Assembly (NCBI GenBank): GCA_045803545.1
Contig: JBJMOW010000005.1
Coordinates: 608,001-672,000, forward strand
Direction of reading: 5' to 3'
DNA length: 64,000 nt
Source of the DNA: Gemmatimonadaceae bacterium
Lineage (GTDB): Bacteria; Gemmatimonadota; Gemmatimonadetes; Gemmatimonadales; Gemmatimonadaceae
The notes under the pieces are model-generated. The model made no database searches. It was given only the letters and a program-made list of their open reading frames with translations, and was not told the origin of the DNA. Below are positions 1 to 9,844 of this stretch, in pieces. The translations under genes and the position numbers were made by a program. Each line of letters starts with the position of its first letter. Positions within the stretch are counted from its first letter, which is position 1.

Positions 1-2
1 TC

Positions 3-1208
3 GGGCTGTTCTTCGTCATCAGACGACAGTTATCCGAACAGCTCGACGATTCGCTACGGAGCGCCACCACTGAGCTGACGCGTGCCGCGCGCATCCGCGA
101 GCTCGAGGAGGCTGCGCCACGCGGCAGCGTTATCGACGCCGTTGACGAGCTCAACATCCCGGACCGCATGCTCTATCTGTTCGATATGCACGGGAATCCG
201 ATCAAGCCCGATAAGGCGGATCAGTGGGTACGACGCGCAGCGCTCCAGGCGGCGCTGCGCGGCCAGGCTACAGTGCAGGAGGAGCTCCCGGCCGACAAGA
301 CACTGCGCGCGCACGCGCTGCGCTTCCGCCTCGACAACGGACAGCAGATGGTCGCCGTCGCCCTCGCCGATCAGGAGGAGCTGGCCAACAAGTACGCAGA
401 TCTGATCGAAGCTTTCATCGGCATCGCGTTATTCGCACTGGTGCTCGTCGCCGCAGGTGGCTTCGTCGTGGTACGCAAGTCGACCGCGCCCGTCGAGCGC
501 TCGATCGAATACATGCGCCGTTTCATGGCCGATGCCGCGCACGAGCTGCGCACGCCAATAACCATTTTGCGTACGCGCGCCGAGATCGCGCTGCAGCAAT
601 CTCGTGACGCAGACGACTACGTCTCGGCGCTGCGCGGAGTGGAAGCGGAAGCGCGCCGCCTCGGTGGTATCGTCGACAGCCTTCTGGTATTGGCGCGTGC
701 GGACACCGGTGAGCGACTGATCGAGCGCGAACGAATTTTCCTCGACGATATCGCCGTTGATGCGGCGAGTGCCGCGCGAGTGATAGCGAAGCAGAAGGGC
801 GTCGACGTCAAAGTGGAGGAATTCGAGGAGGCGCCGGTAATTGGAGATCCGACACTAATTCGCCAGCTGATCATGATTCTCCTCGACAACGCGGTGAAGT
901 TTACCGATTCCGGCGGCGAGGTCGCTGTCGGTGTCGCGATGCGCGACGCAGTTCCCACAATCGTTGTTGAGGACACCGGCATCGGCATTCGACACGACGA
1001 GCTGTCTCATGTCTTCCAGCGTTTCTTTCGTGGAGAGAACGCGCGCAGTCGGACTGATGGCGCTGGCCTCGGTCTATCGATCGCCAGCTGGATCGCCCGC
1101 GAGCACGGCGCAGAAATAGCGTTGCAGTCCAAACCGAGCAAAGGGACCAAGGTCATTGTCACATTCCCAAAAGCAGCTGCTGCGACAGCCTCGCACCGAC
1201 AAACATGA
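3..1208 (+). CDS. Membrane sensor histidine kinase (5' truncated by window edge)
   Basis: Frame is open from position 3. TM segment, H-box (FMADAAHELRTP), N-box (ILLDNAVKFT), G1 (VEDTGIGI) and G2 (GAGLGLSI). Confidence 0.95.
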   Translation, partial: GLFFVIRRQLSEQLDDSLRSATTELTRAARIRELEEAAPRGSVIDAVDELNIPDRMLYLFDMHGNPIKPDKADQWVRRAALQAALRGQATVQEELPADKTLRAHALRFRLDNGQQMVAVALADQEELANKYADLIEAFIGIALFALVLVAAGGFVVVRKSTAPVERSIEYMRRFMADAAHELRTPITILRTRAEIALQQSRDADDYVSALRGVEAEARRLGGIVDSLLVLARADTGERLIERERIFLDDIAVDAASAARVIAKQKGVDVKVEEFEEAPVIGDPTLIRQLIMILLDNAVKFTDSGGEVAVGVAMRDAVPTIVVEDTGIGIRHDELSHVFQRFFRGENARSRTDGAGLGLSIASWIAREHGAEIALQSKPSKGTKVIVTFPKAAAATASHRQT

Positions 1209-1226
1209 TTCCGGTCTGATCGACGC

Positions 1227-1943
1227 ATGACAACGCCGGCAGTCGCCCCAGCGCAGGTACATCACCGGCGCGCGTGGATCCGGAAGCTGTTCACCTTCTG
1301 GACGCTGATCGCGATCGTATCGGGGATCGCGGTCGGCGTGTTTGCCGATGTCGGAGAAGACGTTGCGGAAAAGTCGACGACCGTCTTTGACAACGGTGTC
1401 CGAGCGTGGATGATCGCGCATCGGACACCAATTCTCTATAAGGTGGCGTACTTCATCACCTGGGCCGGCTCACCGCTGGTGATGGTATTGCTGGCGATCG
1501 TCGCCGGTATCTGGTTTTACCGCAGACACGGCCACCGCAAAGCCGGAGTTTTCGTCGCTGCGCCAGCGATCGGCGGTTTGGTTTCGGGGTCCGTAAAGCA
1601 ACTCTACGGGCGGGCCCGGCCACCCGGTGGGATCCTGCTCAACGAGCGGACGTATTCATTTCCAAGCGGCCATTCTCTCACCGCAGCCGCCGTGATGGTC
1701 ACTCTATGCTACGTAATGGCCCGCGAGAAAATCATCTCGTGGCCGGTGGCGATCGCGCTCGGCGGGTTTGTCCCGCTGGTCGTCGGTCTTTCGCGCCTAT
1801 ACCTGGACGTGCACTGGACGACCGACGTCGTCGGTGGGTGGACCGCGGGTTTGTTCATCGCGTCGATCAGCGCCGCGATGTACGAATACCTGCGACGTGA
1901 CGCGCCGAGCCCTGCAGTAGATGCTGCAGTCGAACAATCTTAA
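1227..1943 (+). CDS. PAP2-family membrane phosphatase
   Basis: KxxxxRxRP, SFPSGH and SRLYLDVHWTTDV motifs; several TM helices. Confidence 0.93.
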   Translation: MTTPAVAPAQVHHRRAWIRKLFTFWTLIAIVSGIAVGVFADVGEDVAEKSTTVFDNGVRAWMIAHRTPILYKVAYFITWAGSPLVMVLLAIVAGIWFYRRHGHRKAGVFVAAPAIGGLVSGSVKQLYGRARPPGGILLNERTYSFPSGHSLTAAAVMVTLCYVMAREKIISWPVAIALGGFVPLVVGLSRLYLDVHWTTDVVGGWTAGLFIASISAAMYEYLRRDAPSPAVDAAVEQS

Positions 1944-1974
1944 CGAGAACTAGCGCGGACTACTGGTGGGGCAT

Positions 1975-3288
1975 CTACGGCTTGAGCGCAGCCTCCACGT
2001 GCTGAAGCAACGCGCCGAGCGCAACTCGGTCGAATAGCCTTCCGTTCGCGATCACCGCCGCAATCCGTTTTGTGTTCGCAATGTTCTCCAGTGGATTTGC
2101 ATCGAGTAGCACCAGATCCGCGACCTTCCCCTTCTCCACCGTCCCCAGCGCCCCCTGCATTCCAAAGAATTCGGCTGGATTGATCGTCGCAGTCTGCAAT
2201 GCTTCGAGTGGAGTGAGTCCGGCCCGCACAAGCAACCCAAGCTCATCGTGCAGACTGAATCCCGGGAACACGAACGGTTGTGGCGTATCAGTGCCGGCGA
2301 GGAGTTTCACTCCCGCGACGTGGAGCTGGCGCGTGCGATCGAAGCTGAAGTAACTGCGCACACTCATCGAATCGCCCTTGGCAACCGATGACGCCCGTTT
2401 GATCCATCCGCCCTTCACCAGTCCGGGCACGTACTTCGCCAATTCCGGATGGGTGCTGACGCTGTCGAACATGTGGGCGAGCGGCTGGTATTTGACGAGC
2501 GTTGGCGTCACGGCGGTTTTGTTTCGGGCCAGCGTTCGCGTTACGCTGTCGCACATCGATCGGCTGCGCCCGGCGCACACACGCATCAGATCGTCTTCGT
2601 GTTCCAGACTGCGCTGACCGGAATCCGAAGCTTCGATTACGCTTACTGACTCCGGGACTGCACCGGCGAAGCTGACGCCGATTTTCTTTGCTTCGCGCGC
2701 CAGGTCGAAGTAAGCGGCGCGCGGCACCCTGGCCTCGATGTCGATGAAATCAGCGCGCGGTTTACCGTCCTTCCTGCGCGCAAGAGTGTCTACCGCCCGC
2801 GCGCCATCCTCGGCGGTTTTTACATGCGCTATGAAGCGGGCTTCGTTAACCGGACCATCGACGCGCACACCAGCGACCAGCCGGGGACCAACCACTCTTC
2901 CGGCGTCGATATCCCGCTTCCAGCGGAGCGTCGTATCGATGTAGTACCCCATGTCGCGCGCACCGGTAACTCCGTTTGCGATCATCAGCGGCCCTGCGAA
3001 ATCCGAGAACACGTACAGAAAACCGTGGACATGCATGTCCCACAGCCCAGGGATCACGAATTTCGTCGCGCCGTCGATCTTTCGCGCCCCGGCTAATGAA
3101 GGAGCTGAAGCCGCCGGTCCGACGTAGGCAATCCGATTATCGCGGATCAGCACTGTGAAGTCCCTGCGCACGTCGCCCGTACGAACGTCCACGACCGATG
3201 TGTGAGTGATCGCGATGGGAGAGCCGGCCTCTCCGCGCTGTCGACACGCGGAGACGCCTAGCAAAATGGTCAGCGCAAAACGCGCTAT
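1975..3288 (-). CDS. Amidohydrolase-family protein, probable lipoprotein (start uncertain)
   Basis: PGLWDMHVH, LLAGTD and GKVADLVLL motifs; lipobox-like LLGVSAC near the N-terminus. The track start (3417) overlaps the upstream gene, so the real start is probably near 3288. Confidence 0.85.
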   Translation of the reverse strand: MARFALTILLGVSACRQRGEAGSPIAITHTSVVDVRTGDVRRDFTVLIRDNRIAYVGPAASAPSLAGARKIDGATKFVIPGLWDMHVHGFLYVFSDFAGPLMIANGVTGARDMGYYIDTTLRWKRDIDAGRVVGPRLVAGVRVDGPVNEARFIAHVKTAEDGARAVDTLARRKDGKPRADFIDIEARVPRAAYFDLAREAKKIGVSFAGAVPESVSVIEASDSGQRSLEHEDDLMRVCAGRSRSMCDSVTRTLARNKTAVTPTLVKYQPLAHMFDSVSTHPELAKYVPGLVKGGWIKRASSVAKGDSMSVRSYFSFDRTRQLHVAGVKLLAGTDTPQPFVFPGFSLHDELGLLVRAGLTPLEALQTATINPAEFFGMQGALGTVEKGKVADLVLLDANPLENIANTKRIAAVIANGRLFDRVALGALLQHVEAALKP

Positions 3289-3800
3289 CGCTTGCGGGTT
3301 ACTCGCCAGGTTCCGCTTTGCGGCGCGGCGGTCTGCGCTCCCCGCGTGGTGAAGGTGCCGTCGATGGTGTCGCCAGTCAGGTTTCCGGTGAAAGTCGTGA
3401 CTACGGGACAGTCGCATTGGGGATCGCGATACGCATCGAGCACGCCGCTGACGGTGTCACCGCTCACTCGTACCAGTTTGATGGTGAGAACCTGTGAGGA
3501 CGGTGGTGCCTGAACTCCCGCCGCTGCCGGGGCGTTTCCCGCAGTGTAGGGCGTCAGCGGTCGATCAAGGCCACGCGGCACCATCACAACGTCGCCGCTC
3601 GCTGCGTCCCCGGACGGCGAGAGATTGAACACGATGCTGCCGCTCCTTCCGGTGCTCGGGCTCGAGTATTCCCCGGTCCACTTTCCGGCGAGCGATGCAC
3701 GGTCGCCGGCCTCACCGGAAAGAGTGACGGGTGTTGGCTTCGTCGCGCAGGCCATAGCAATGCCGGCGACGAAGAGGAGCAACCTCGGACGAACATTCAC
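3285..3800 (-). CDS. Hypothetical lipoprotein
   Basis: GTG at 3800 preceded by AGGAGG; signal ending IAMAC; two GxWxG/FTG beta-rich segments; CDC motif. Confidence 0.75.
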   Translation of the reverse strand: MNVRPRLLLFVAGIAMACATKPTPVTLSGEAGDRASLAGKWTGEYSSPSTGRSGSIVFNLSPSGDAASGDVVMVPRGLDRPLTPYTAGNAPAAAGVQAPPSSQVLTIKLVRVSGDTVSGVLDAYRDPQCDCPVVTTFTGNLTGDTIDGTFTTRGAQTAAPQSGTWRVTRKR

Positions 3801-4051
3801 GGACCCTCCTGTGTTCGGTGTCAAACGGAAGGGTGGGCAGCCATAGTGTCGCCCCGATCCCCGCCCGCCGCCAGTGCACGAGCTAAGGATCCGGGTCCGA
3901 TTTTCCCGCAAGAACCTCTCTGAAGTCGGACCGTTAATTGCAACTGTTGCTGGTGCTCGGTCGACGGCCCTTGCTACTGGCGACCGCATCCCGCGATTCC
4001 GTACAATTAACAGTTCGACCTCAGCTTGGTCGCCCTGTGCAGGAGATTATT

Positions 4052-4681
4052 GTGGACCGTTCCCCTTTCAGCCTGGCCAAAGAGCTTTCTCAGGCCGACC
4101 GCAACGTTACTCGGACGCCCGCAGGCGTGGCCGGTCATGACGTGCACTTCTATCGGACCGAGGAGTCGCTCACCGCCTCTGTCGTGGAATTCTTGTCAGA
4201 CGCCATCCGCGTCGGCCAGCCGATCATCGTCATCGCGACCGAGGCGCACCGCCAGGCTTTCGCCAACGGTCTGCGCGCCCAGCGGCTCGATCCGGACGCG
4301 CTACTCGCCGGCCGACTGGCGATCTGGCTCGACGCACGGCAGACACTCGACTCTTTTATGGAGAACGGCTTGCCGAACCGCGAGCTGTTTAACGCGACGG
4401 TCGGCAGTGTGTTCGCTCGGATTCTCGACAAAAGGCAGTACCTGGTGGTCAGAGCCTTCGGTGAAATGGTCGACCTGCTCTGGAAGGCTGGCAACAGCGA
4501 AGGAGCGATTCTTCTCGAGGAGCTTTGGAACGACCTGGCGCACCAATACAAGTACTCTCTCCTCTGCGGCTATTCGGTCGACAATTTCATGCATGAGGCA
4601 GGCGTCGCTGCATTCCGGCGCGTTTGCGACCACCATACGGGTGCCCGACTACTCGACGATCAAGATAAGATCGTCGCCTAG
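4052..4681 (+). CDS. Stand-alone MEDS sensory-domain protein
   Basis: HDVHFY...VRAFGEMVDLLW...LEELWN...LLCGY...VCDHH pattern typical of MEDS; GTG at 4052 follows AGGAG. Confidence 0.85.
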   Translation: MDRSPFSLAKELSQADRNVTRTPAGVAGHDVHFYRTEESLTASVVEFLSDAIRVGQPIIVIATEAHRQAFANGLRAQRLDPDALLAGRLAIWLDARQTLDSFMENGLPNRELFNATVGSVFARILDKRQYLVVRAFGEMVDLLWKAGNSEGAILLEELWNDLAHQYKYSLLCGYSVDNFMHEAGVAAFRRVCDHHTGARLLDDQDKIVA

Positions 4682-4745
4682 ACGTCGGTGAAGAGCACAG
4701 CGGCATTCTGATGAACGCCGACCAGCATTCGATCGTAGAAGACTG

Positions 4746-6905
4746 ATGCCCGACAGGTCAGAGCAATCGTCGACCCGACTGGCAAGGACAAACGGCCGCG
4801 GATTTGATCGCGGCGCCGCTACCGAGCAGCAGGCGCCTGGTGGTTTCGCGCACGAGACGGGTGAGCTGCACCGGCTGCTCGTCGAGAGCGTTGACGAGTA
4901 CGCCATCTTTGCCCTCGATACCGACGGATTCATCCTCAGTTGGAACGCCGGCGCACAACGGTTCAAGGGTTACATAGCCGAGGAAATCATCGGCAAACAC
5001 TTCTCGATCTTTTATCCGCCTGAAAAAATCGAGGAAGGCTGGCCGGAGTACGAGCTGCGCGAGGCGGCGCGGCTAGGGCGCTTCGAAGACGAGGACTGGC
5101 GCATCCGGAAAGACGGTTCGCGCTTTTGGGCGAACGTAGTGATCACAGCTCTTCACGATCCTGGGGGTCACCTCGTCGGGTACGCCAAGGTGACCCGCGA
5201 CCTGACTGAGCGACGCCTGGCCGAAGAAGCGCTGCGTGAGAGCGAAGAGCGCTTCCGACTGATCGTAGAGGGTGTGAAGGACTACGCGATCTTCATGCTC
5301 GACCCAACAGGACATATCACAACCTGGAACGAAGGCGCGCGACGGCTCAAGGGGTACTCTGCCGACGAGATTATTGGTCAGCACTTCTCCATTTTTTATC
5401 CGCCTGAGGCAAGAGCTATCAACCACCCCGAACATGAGCTCGAGATAGCAAAGGCGAAGGGTGCGTACGAAGAGGAAGGTTGGCGCATTCGCAAGGACGG
5501 GACGCGCTTCTGGGCCAACGTCCTCATCACCGCCCTCCGCAGACCGGACGGAACTCTCGCAGGGTTTGCCAAGGTCACTCGCGATCTCACGGAGCGCCGC
5601 GCGGCAGACGAGCGGGCTCTCGACGCGGCGCGTCGAGTGGCTGCCGAGGGAGCCGCGAGACAAGTAGCGGAGGCCAACCGCAACCGCACTTATCAACTGC
5701 AGCGGCTGACCGCCGCGCTGTCGGCCGCACGGACTATCAAAGAGGTCGGACAGGTGGTGTTTGAGCAGGCCTTGCCTGCAGTTGATGCCGGGGCGGGAGC
5801 AATGGGTATGGTGGATGACAAGGGGGAATGGATCACCGTCCGTTCTGATCGCGGTTATGGTGAGGTCCCTGCGTGGGCTCGCACCATTCGCGTCAGTGAC
5901 GGACTGCCGATGGCGGAGGCTGTGCGAACCGGGCAACCGGTGATTCTGCGTACTAGAGCGGACCGCGACCGCCTATTCCCGAACGTTCGCGATTTGTTAA
6001 AAGACTACGCGAGCACAACGGTCTGGCCCCTCACCGCGCGCGGCAAGACTGCCGGCGCGATCTCAATCCATTTCAATAAGGAGTTCGACGACGACGCGGT
6101 GGAGCTAATGAAGGCGTTCGCGCAGCAGGCTGGCCAGGCGCTCGAGCGTGCGATGCTTTATCAAGCGGAGTCGCAAGCGCGCGAGCGTGCTGACGAAGCG
6201 AACCGCGCCAAGAGCGAGTTCCTTGCCGCGATGTCGCACGAGCTGCGCACTCCGTTGAACGCAATCGCCGGTTACGCGGATCTGATAGCGATGGGGGTCC
6301 GCGGTCCAGTCACCGAAGAGCAGCGCGATGATCTCGAGCGGATCAAACGCAGCCAGCAGCATCTGCTCGGCATCATCAATGACATCCTGAACTTTTCACG
6401 CATCGAAGCCGGTCAGACGACCTATGAGTTCTCGGCCGTACCGATCTCGGAAGCGATGGCGACGGTTGGCCACATGATCGAGCCTCAGGCTGCCTCGAAA
6501 GGACTGCGCGTCGACGTTCGCGAGTGTCCCGCGGATGTAGTCGCGTGGGCAGACCGGTCAAAGCTAGATCAGATACTAATCAATCTCGTCTCAAACGCCG
6601 TCAAGTTTACGAAGACCGGCTGCGTCACTCTGAGCTGCGCATGGCAGGACGTGAATCATGTCACGATCACCGTTACCGACACCGGTGTCGGAATACCTGA
6701 CGAGCAGCTGGAGAAAATCTTTGAACCCTTTGTGCAGGTTGGACGCTCGCTAACTCAACAGCACGAAGGGACCGGTCTGGGCCTCGCGATCAGTCGCGAT
6801 CTGGCGCGCGGGATGGGTGGCGAGATCTCAGTCGTCAGCGAAGTCGGCGAGGGATCGACCTTTACGCTGTCACTGCCGCGTCCTGCTGCTGCACCTTACG
6901 CTTAG
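4746..6905 (+). CDS. Cytoplasmic PAS-PAS-GAF histidine kinase
   Basis: Two PAS/PAC repeats (YAIFxLD...WNxGA...[11 protein letters not shown]), GAF-like segment, [17 protein letters not shown], HATPase boxes. Confidence 0.95.
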   Translation: MPDRSEQSSTRLARTNGRGFDRGAATEQQAPGGFAHETGELHRLLVESVDEYAIFALDTDGFILSWNAGAQRFKGYIAEEIIGKHFSIFYPPEKIEEGWPEYELREAARLGRFEDEDWRIRKDGSRFWANVVITALHDPGGHLVGYAKVTRDLTERRLAEEALRESEERFRLIVEGVKDYAIFMLDPTGHITTWNEGARRLKGYSADEIIGQHFSIFYPPEARAINHPEHELEIAKAKGAYEEEGWRIRKDGTRFWANVLITALRRPDGTLAGFAKVTRDLTERRAADERALDAARRVAAEGAARQVAEANRNRTYQLQRLTAALSAARTIKEVGQVVFEQALPAVDAGAGAMGMVDDKGEWITVRSDRGYGEVPAWARTIRVSDGLPMAEAVRTGQPVILRTRADRDRLFPNVRDLLKDYASTTVWPLTARGKTAGAISIHFNKEFDDDAVELMKAFAQQAGQALERAMLYQAESQARERADEANRAKSEFLAAMSHELRTPLNAIAGYADLIAMGVRGPVTEEQRDDLERIKRSQQHLLGIINDILNFSRIEAGQTTYEFSAVPISEAMATVGHMIEPQAASKGLRVDVRECPADVVAWADRSKLDQILINLVSNAVKFTKTGCVTLSCAWQDVNHVTITVTDTGVGIPDEQLEKIFEPFVQVGRSLTQQHEGTGLGLAISRDLARGMGGEISVVSEVGEGSTFTLSLPRPAAAPYA

Positions 6906-7398
6906 GCAGGACCCATCCCGGTCGCGCAAAGTGGCAGGTGTATCCGTTTGGGTAATGCATCAGATAATCCTGATGCTCCGGCTCGGCCTCCCAGAACGGA
7001 CCCACGGGTACGACTTCGGTGACTACTTTCCCCGGCCAAAGGCCTGACGCGTTTATATCGGCAATGGTGTCGATCGCAGTTCGCTTCTGATCGTCGCTGG
7101 TATAGAAAATCGCCGAGCGATAGCTCATACCGATGTCGTTCCCCTGACGATTCTTTGTGGTCGGGTCGTGAATCTGAAAGAAGAATTCCAGGATTTGGCG
7201 GAAGCTGGTCTTGCGCGGATCGAAAATGATCTCGAGCGCTTCAGCATGGGTGCCGTGATTGCGATACGTAGCGTTCGGGACGTCGCCGCCACTGTAGCCC
7301 ACACGCGTTGAAATGACGCCGGCGAACTTGCGAATCAGATCCTGCATTCCCCAGAAACAACCGCCGGCCAGAACAGCGCGCTCAGTCACGTCCGCCAT
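6862..7398 (-). CDS. msrA: Peptide methionine sulfoxide reductase A
   Basis: GGCFWG active site, [23 protein letters not shown]. Confidence 0.97.
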   Translation of the reverse strand: MADVTERAVLAGGCFWGMQDLIRKFAGVISTRVGYSGGDVPNATYRNHGTHAEALEIIFDPRKTSFRQILEFFFQIHDPTTKNRQGNDIGMSYRSAIFYTSDDQKRTAIDTIADINASGLWPGKVVTEVVPVGPFWEAEPEHQDYLMHYPNGYTCHFARPGWVLPKRKVQQQDAAVTA

Positions 7399-7461
7399 GT
7401 TTCGTATCCCCAGTTAAGAGTATAACCTAGCCGATTGCGCGAGCGCTCAGAAGGCAGCGTG

Positions 7462-8112
7462 TCATTCGATTTCGTCATACCAATCAAAGCGGTACGCCAG
7501 TGCTGGTCCGTTGTCGCCCTCATAGGCGAGTCTCGCGATCAACAGAGTAAATGGCTCGGTGTATCGCGCGATACGTAGAGGCCCGGCGTCGATCGGCTCG
7601 AAGCCAACATCATTGATCAATCGACGGGCCACGTTCTTCGCCTTCCTGTCGTCGCCGAGATAAACCAGGCTCGGCCTGTTCTTGCGGGAGCGTTTCTGGA
7701 ATACGCTGAACAGCACTTCACTTGGAACTGTACCGAACGCCGACACTATTCGTGCGTTTGGGATTTTCTTCGCGAGCTCCTCTGCGCCCGAGGAAGTGTG
7801 TGCGATGGCGAGATCGGTGTCGTCGGCGTTCATCGGCAGCGAGCAGGTCACCACCACCTGGTCCGACAGATTTCCCGCCTGCGCGAGAACATCATCTACG
7901 CGCGACCAGTGTACAGCGAGCAGAACGGCGTCAGCGTTGCGGGCTGCTTCCGCGGGTGATCCAGCGCTCGCGGTCGCGCTTGCGTCGCTGGCGAGATCGT
8001 CGAGCTTCTTCGCGCTGTGCGAGTAGCTGAACACGACCTCGTGGCCGGCGCGGGCGAAGATGGTGCCCAGCTTGCCGCCCATCAGGCCCAATCCAAGAAT
8101 CCCGATACGCAT
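7462..8112 (-). CDS. NADPH-dependent F420-reductase-like oxidoreductase
   Basis: N-terminal Rossmann motif IGILGLGLMGG, SGAEELA, GFEPIDAGPL. Confidence 0.85.
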   Translation of the reverse strand: MRIGILGLGLMGGKLGTIFARAGHEVVFSYSHSAKKLDDLASDASATASAGSPAEAARNADAVLLAVHWSRVDDVLAQAGNLSDQVVVTCSLPMNADDTDLAIAHTSSGAEELAKKIPNARIVSAFGTVPSEVLFSVFQKRSRKNRPSLVYLGDDRKAKNVARRLINDVGFEPIDAGPLRIARYTEPFTLLIARLAYEGDNGPALAYRFDWYDEIE

Positions 8113-8118
8113 CAGAAG

Positions 8119-8191
<73 letters not shown>

Positions 8192-8220
8192 GAGATCAAC
8201 CAACTTACTCGTCGCTGACA

Positions 8221-8250
8221 GAAAAGAAAACGACGCCGAGCGGCGTCGTC
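8221..8250 (-). terminator. Intrinsic terminator after tRNA-Thr
   Basis: Minus strand ACGACGCC-GCTC-GGCGTCGT followed by TTTCTTTTC. Confidence 0.75.
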
Positions 8251-8268
8251 ATTGAACGATGTTGTCAG

Positions 8269-8340
8269 AGCCACAGGTGAGAATTGAACTCACGACCGCC
8301 CGATTACGAATCGGGTGCTCTACCCCTGAGCTACTGTGGC
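8269..8340 (-). tRNA. tRNA-Thr(CGT)
   Basis: GCCACAG acceptor stem, anticodon arm CCCGA-TTCGTAA-TCGGG. Confidence 0.96.
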
Positions 8341-8416
8341 AAGTTCTGGGACTGCCGTATCCCCGCCCTCCGAACTGTGAAAGCTCCTTGCGCTTCACTA
8401 GCCTAGAGGCGTTGTA

Positions 8417-8498
8417 TGCCCTGGAGCGGACTCGAACCGCTATGCCTTGCGGCACCACCCCCTCAAGATGGCGTGTCTACCAATTTCACCACCAGGGC
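8417..8498 (-). tRNA. tRNA-Leu(GAG)
   Basis: GCCCTGG acceptor stem, anticodon arm CCATC-TTGAGGG-GGTGG, long variable arm. Confidence 0.96.
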
Positions 8499-8549
8499 TC
8501 TTCAACTCTCGCCGGTCGCGAAACCTGCGAGTTGCGAACTTTTTTCCAA

Positions 8550-8624
8550 CGGGGCCGACGGGGCTCGAACCCGCGACCTCTCGAGTGACAGTCGAGTGCT
8601 CTAACCAAACTGAGCTACGGCCCC
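8550..8624 (-). tRNA. tRNA-Asp(GTC)
   Basis: GGGGCCG acceptor stem, anticodon arm CTCGA-CTGTCAC-TCGAG. Confidence 0.96.
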
Positions 8625-8700
8625 AACTCTGGAGTCAGGGTCGAAAACCCCTTCCTCACCACGCTCCAAACGCGGACTGGTTGTCAGTCAATCCGTCCTA

Positions 8701-8745
8701 CGCTTCCCGCTTCCCACTTCCCGCCTCCCGCCTCCCGCCTCCCGC
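8701..8745. repeat. Heptamer tandem repeat (CGCTTCC/CGCCTCC) in a tRNA spacer
   Basis: About 6 tandem 7-bp units read directly; the same unit recurs at 61623-61718. Confidence 0.9.
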
Positions 8746-8747
8746 AA

Positions 8748-8819
8748 TAGCCCCAAGGGGAATCGAACCCCTCTCTGCACCGTGAAAGGGTGCCGTCCTA
8801 ACCGATAGACGATGGGGCC
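8748..8819 (-). tRNA. tRNA-Glu(TTC)
   Basis: Anticodon arm GCACC-CTTTCAC-GGTGC, GTTCGATT T-loop. Confidence 0.95.
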
Positions 8820-8842
8820 GATCAGACTCGCGTCTCCATCAA

Positions 8843-8915
8843 TAGCGCTAACGGGATTCGAACCCGTGTTTGGGCCTTGAGAGGGCCCCGTCCTAGTCCC
8901 CTAGACGATAGCGCC
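8843..8915 (-). tRNA. tRNA-Glu(CTC)
   Basis: Anticodon arm GGGCC-CTCTCAA-GGCCC, GTTCGAAT T-loop. Confidence 0.95.
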
Positions 8916-8970
8916 ACATGCCATTCCTTTGGGATACATCAACTGCTGTGAACAGATTGCGAATTGCGAG

Positions 8971-9043
8971 CAGGCCCGGAGGGAATCGAACCCCCAACCG
9001 CCGGTTTTGGAGACCGGTGCTCTACCAATTGAGCTACGGACCT
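8971..9043 (-). tRNA. tRNA-Trp(CCA)
   Basis: AGGTCCG acceptor stem, anticodon arm CCGGT-CTCCAAA-ACCGG. Confidence 0.96.
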
Positions 9044-9055
9044 AGTTCTACTCGA

Positions 9056-9133
9056 TGGGGTGGCTGACGGGAATTGAACCCGCAACCCCCGGAGCCACAG
9101 TCCGGTGCTCTAACCAATTGAGCTACAGCCACC
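9056..9133 (-). tRNA. tRNA-His(GTG) with G-1 and encoded CCA
   Basis: G-GTGGCTG...CAGCCAC-C-CCA, anticodon arm CCGGA-CTGTGGC-TCCGG. Confidence 0.96.
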
Positions 9134-9178
9134 ATCAACCGCTCTGCACATCTTAATTGCGCCCAACTGGTGAATCAA

Positions 9179-9742
9179 TTACTTCGCGCGGTCCATATAC
9201 TCGCCGGTATTCGGATTCACGCGAACCTTTTCACCACTGCTGACGAACTCAGGAACGTTCACCGTCACACCATTCTCGAGCTTCGCCGGCTTCGTTGATG
9301 CTGTCTTGGTTGCCGTCTTCATCACTGGCGCTGTATCGACGACCTGGAGCACCAGTGAGTTCGGCAGCTCGATGCCAATCACCCTGCCGTCATAGTACTC
9401 GGCCTGGATCTTCATCCCCGACTGCATCCACTGCGCGTTGTCGCCGAGCACTTCCTCGTCGATCTCCAGCTGATCGTAGTTCTCGGTGTTCATGAAGTGA
9501 TATGTGGTACCACCTTGATACATGAACTCCAGGTCGTGGGTCTCCATCGATGCCTTCTCGATGGTGTCCGCGGCGCGGAAGCGGTGCTCGAAGTTGTTAC
9601 CGGTGCGGAGGTTCTTGAGCTTCGCCTGCACCATTGCGCGGAGGTTGCCCGGGGTGTGGTGTCGAAACTCTACAACACGACACGGATCGCCCTCGAAAAC
9701 GAGGACCATTCCGCGGCGGATTTGGGTGGCTGGCATAGCCAT
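9179..9742 (-). CDS. efp: Elongation factor P
   Basis: Typical EF-P architecture: YHFMNTENYDQ, KPAKLENGVTVNVPEFV, VNPNTGEYMDRA. Tip loop reads TPGNLR. Confidence 0.96.
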   Translation of the reverse strand: MAMPATQIRRGMVLVFEGDPCRVVEFRHHTPGNLRAMVQAKLKNLRTGNNFEHRFRAADTIEKASMETHDLEFMYQGGTTYHFMNTENYDQLEIDEEVLGDNAQWMQSGMKIQAEYYDGRVIGIELPNSLVLQVVDTAPVMKTATKTASTKPAKLENGVTVNVPEFVSSGEKVRVNPNTGEYMDRAK

Positions 9743-9844
9743 ATCGATAATCCAGGAAAAACAGGTCAGAAACTACAGATCGACGCCGGAACGGTGCCCC
9801 AGCGTCGATCAAATCAAAATCGTAAACGCAAGTAGCCTTGAAAC

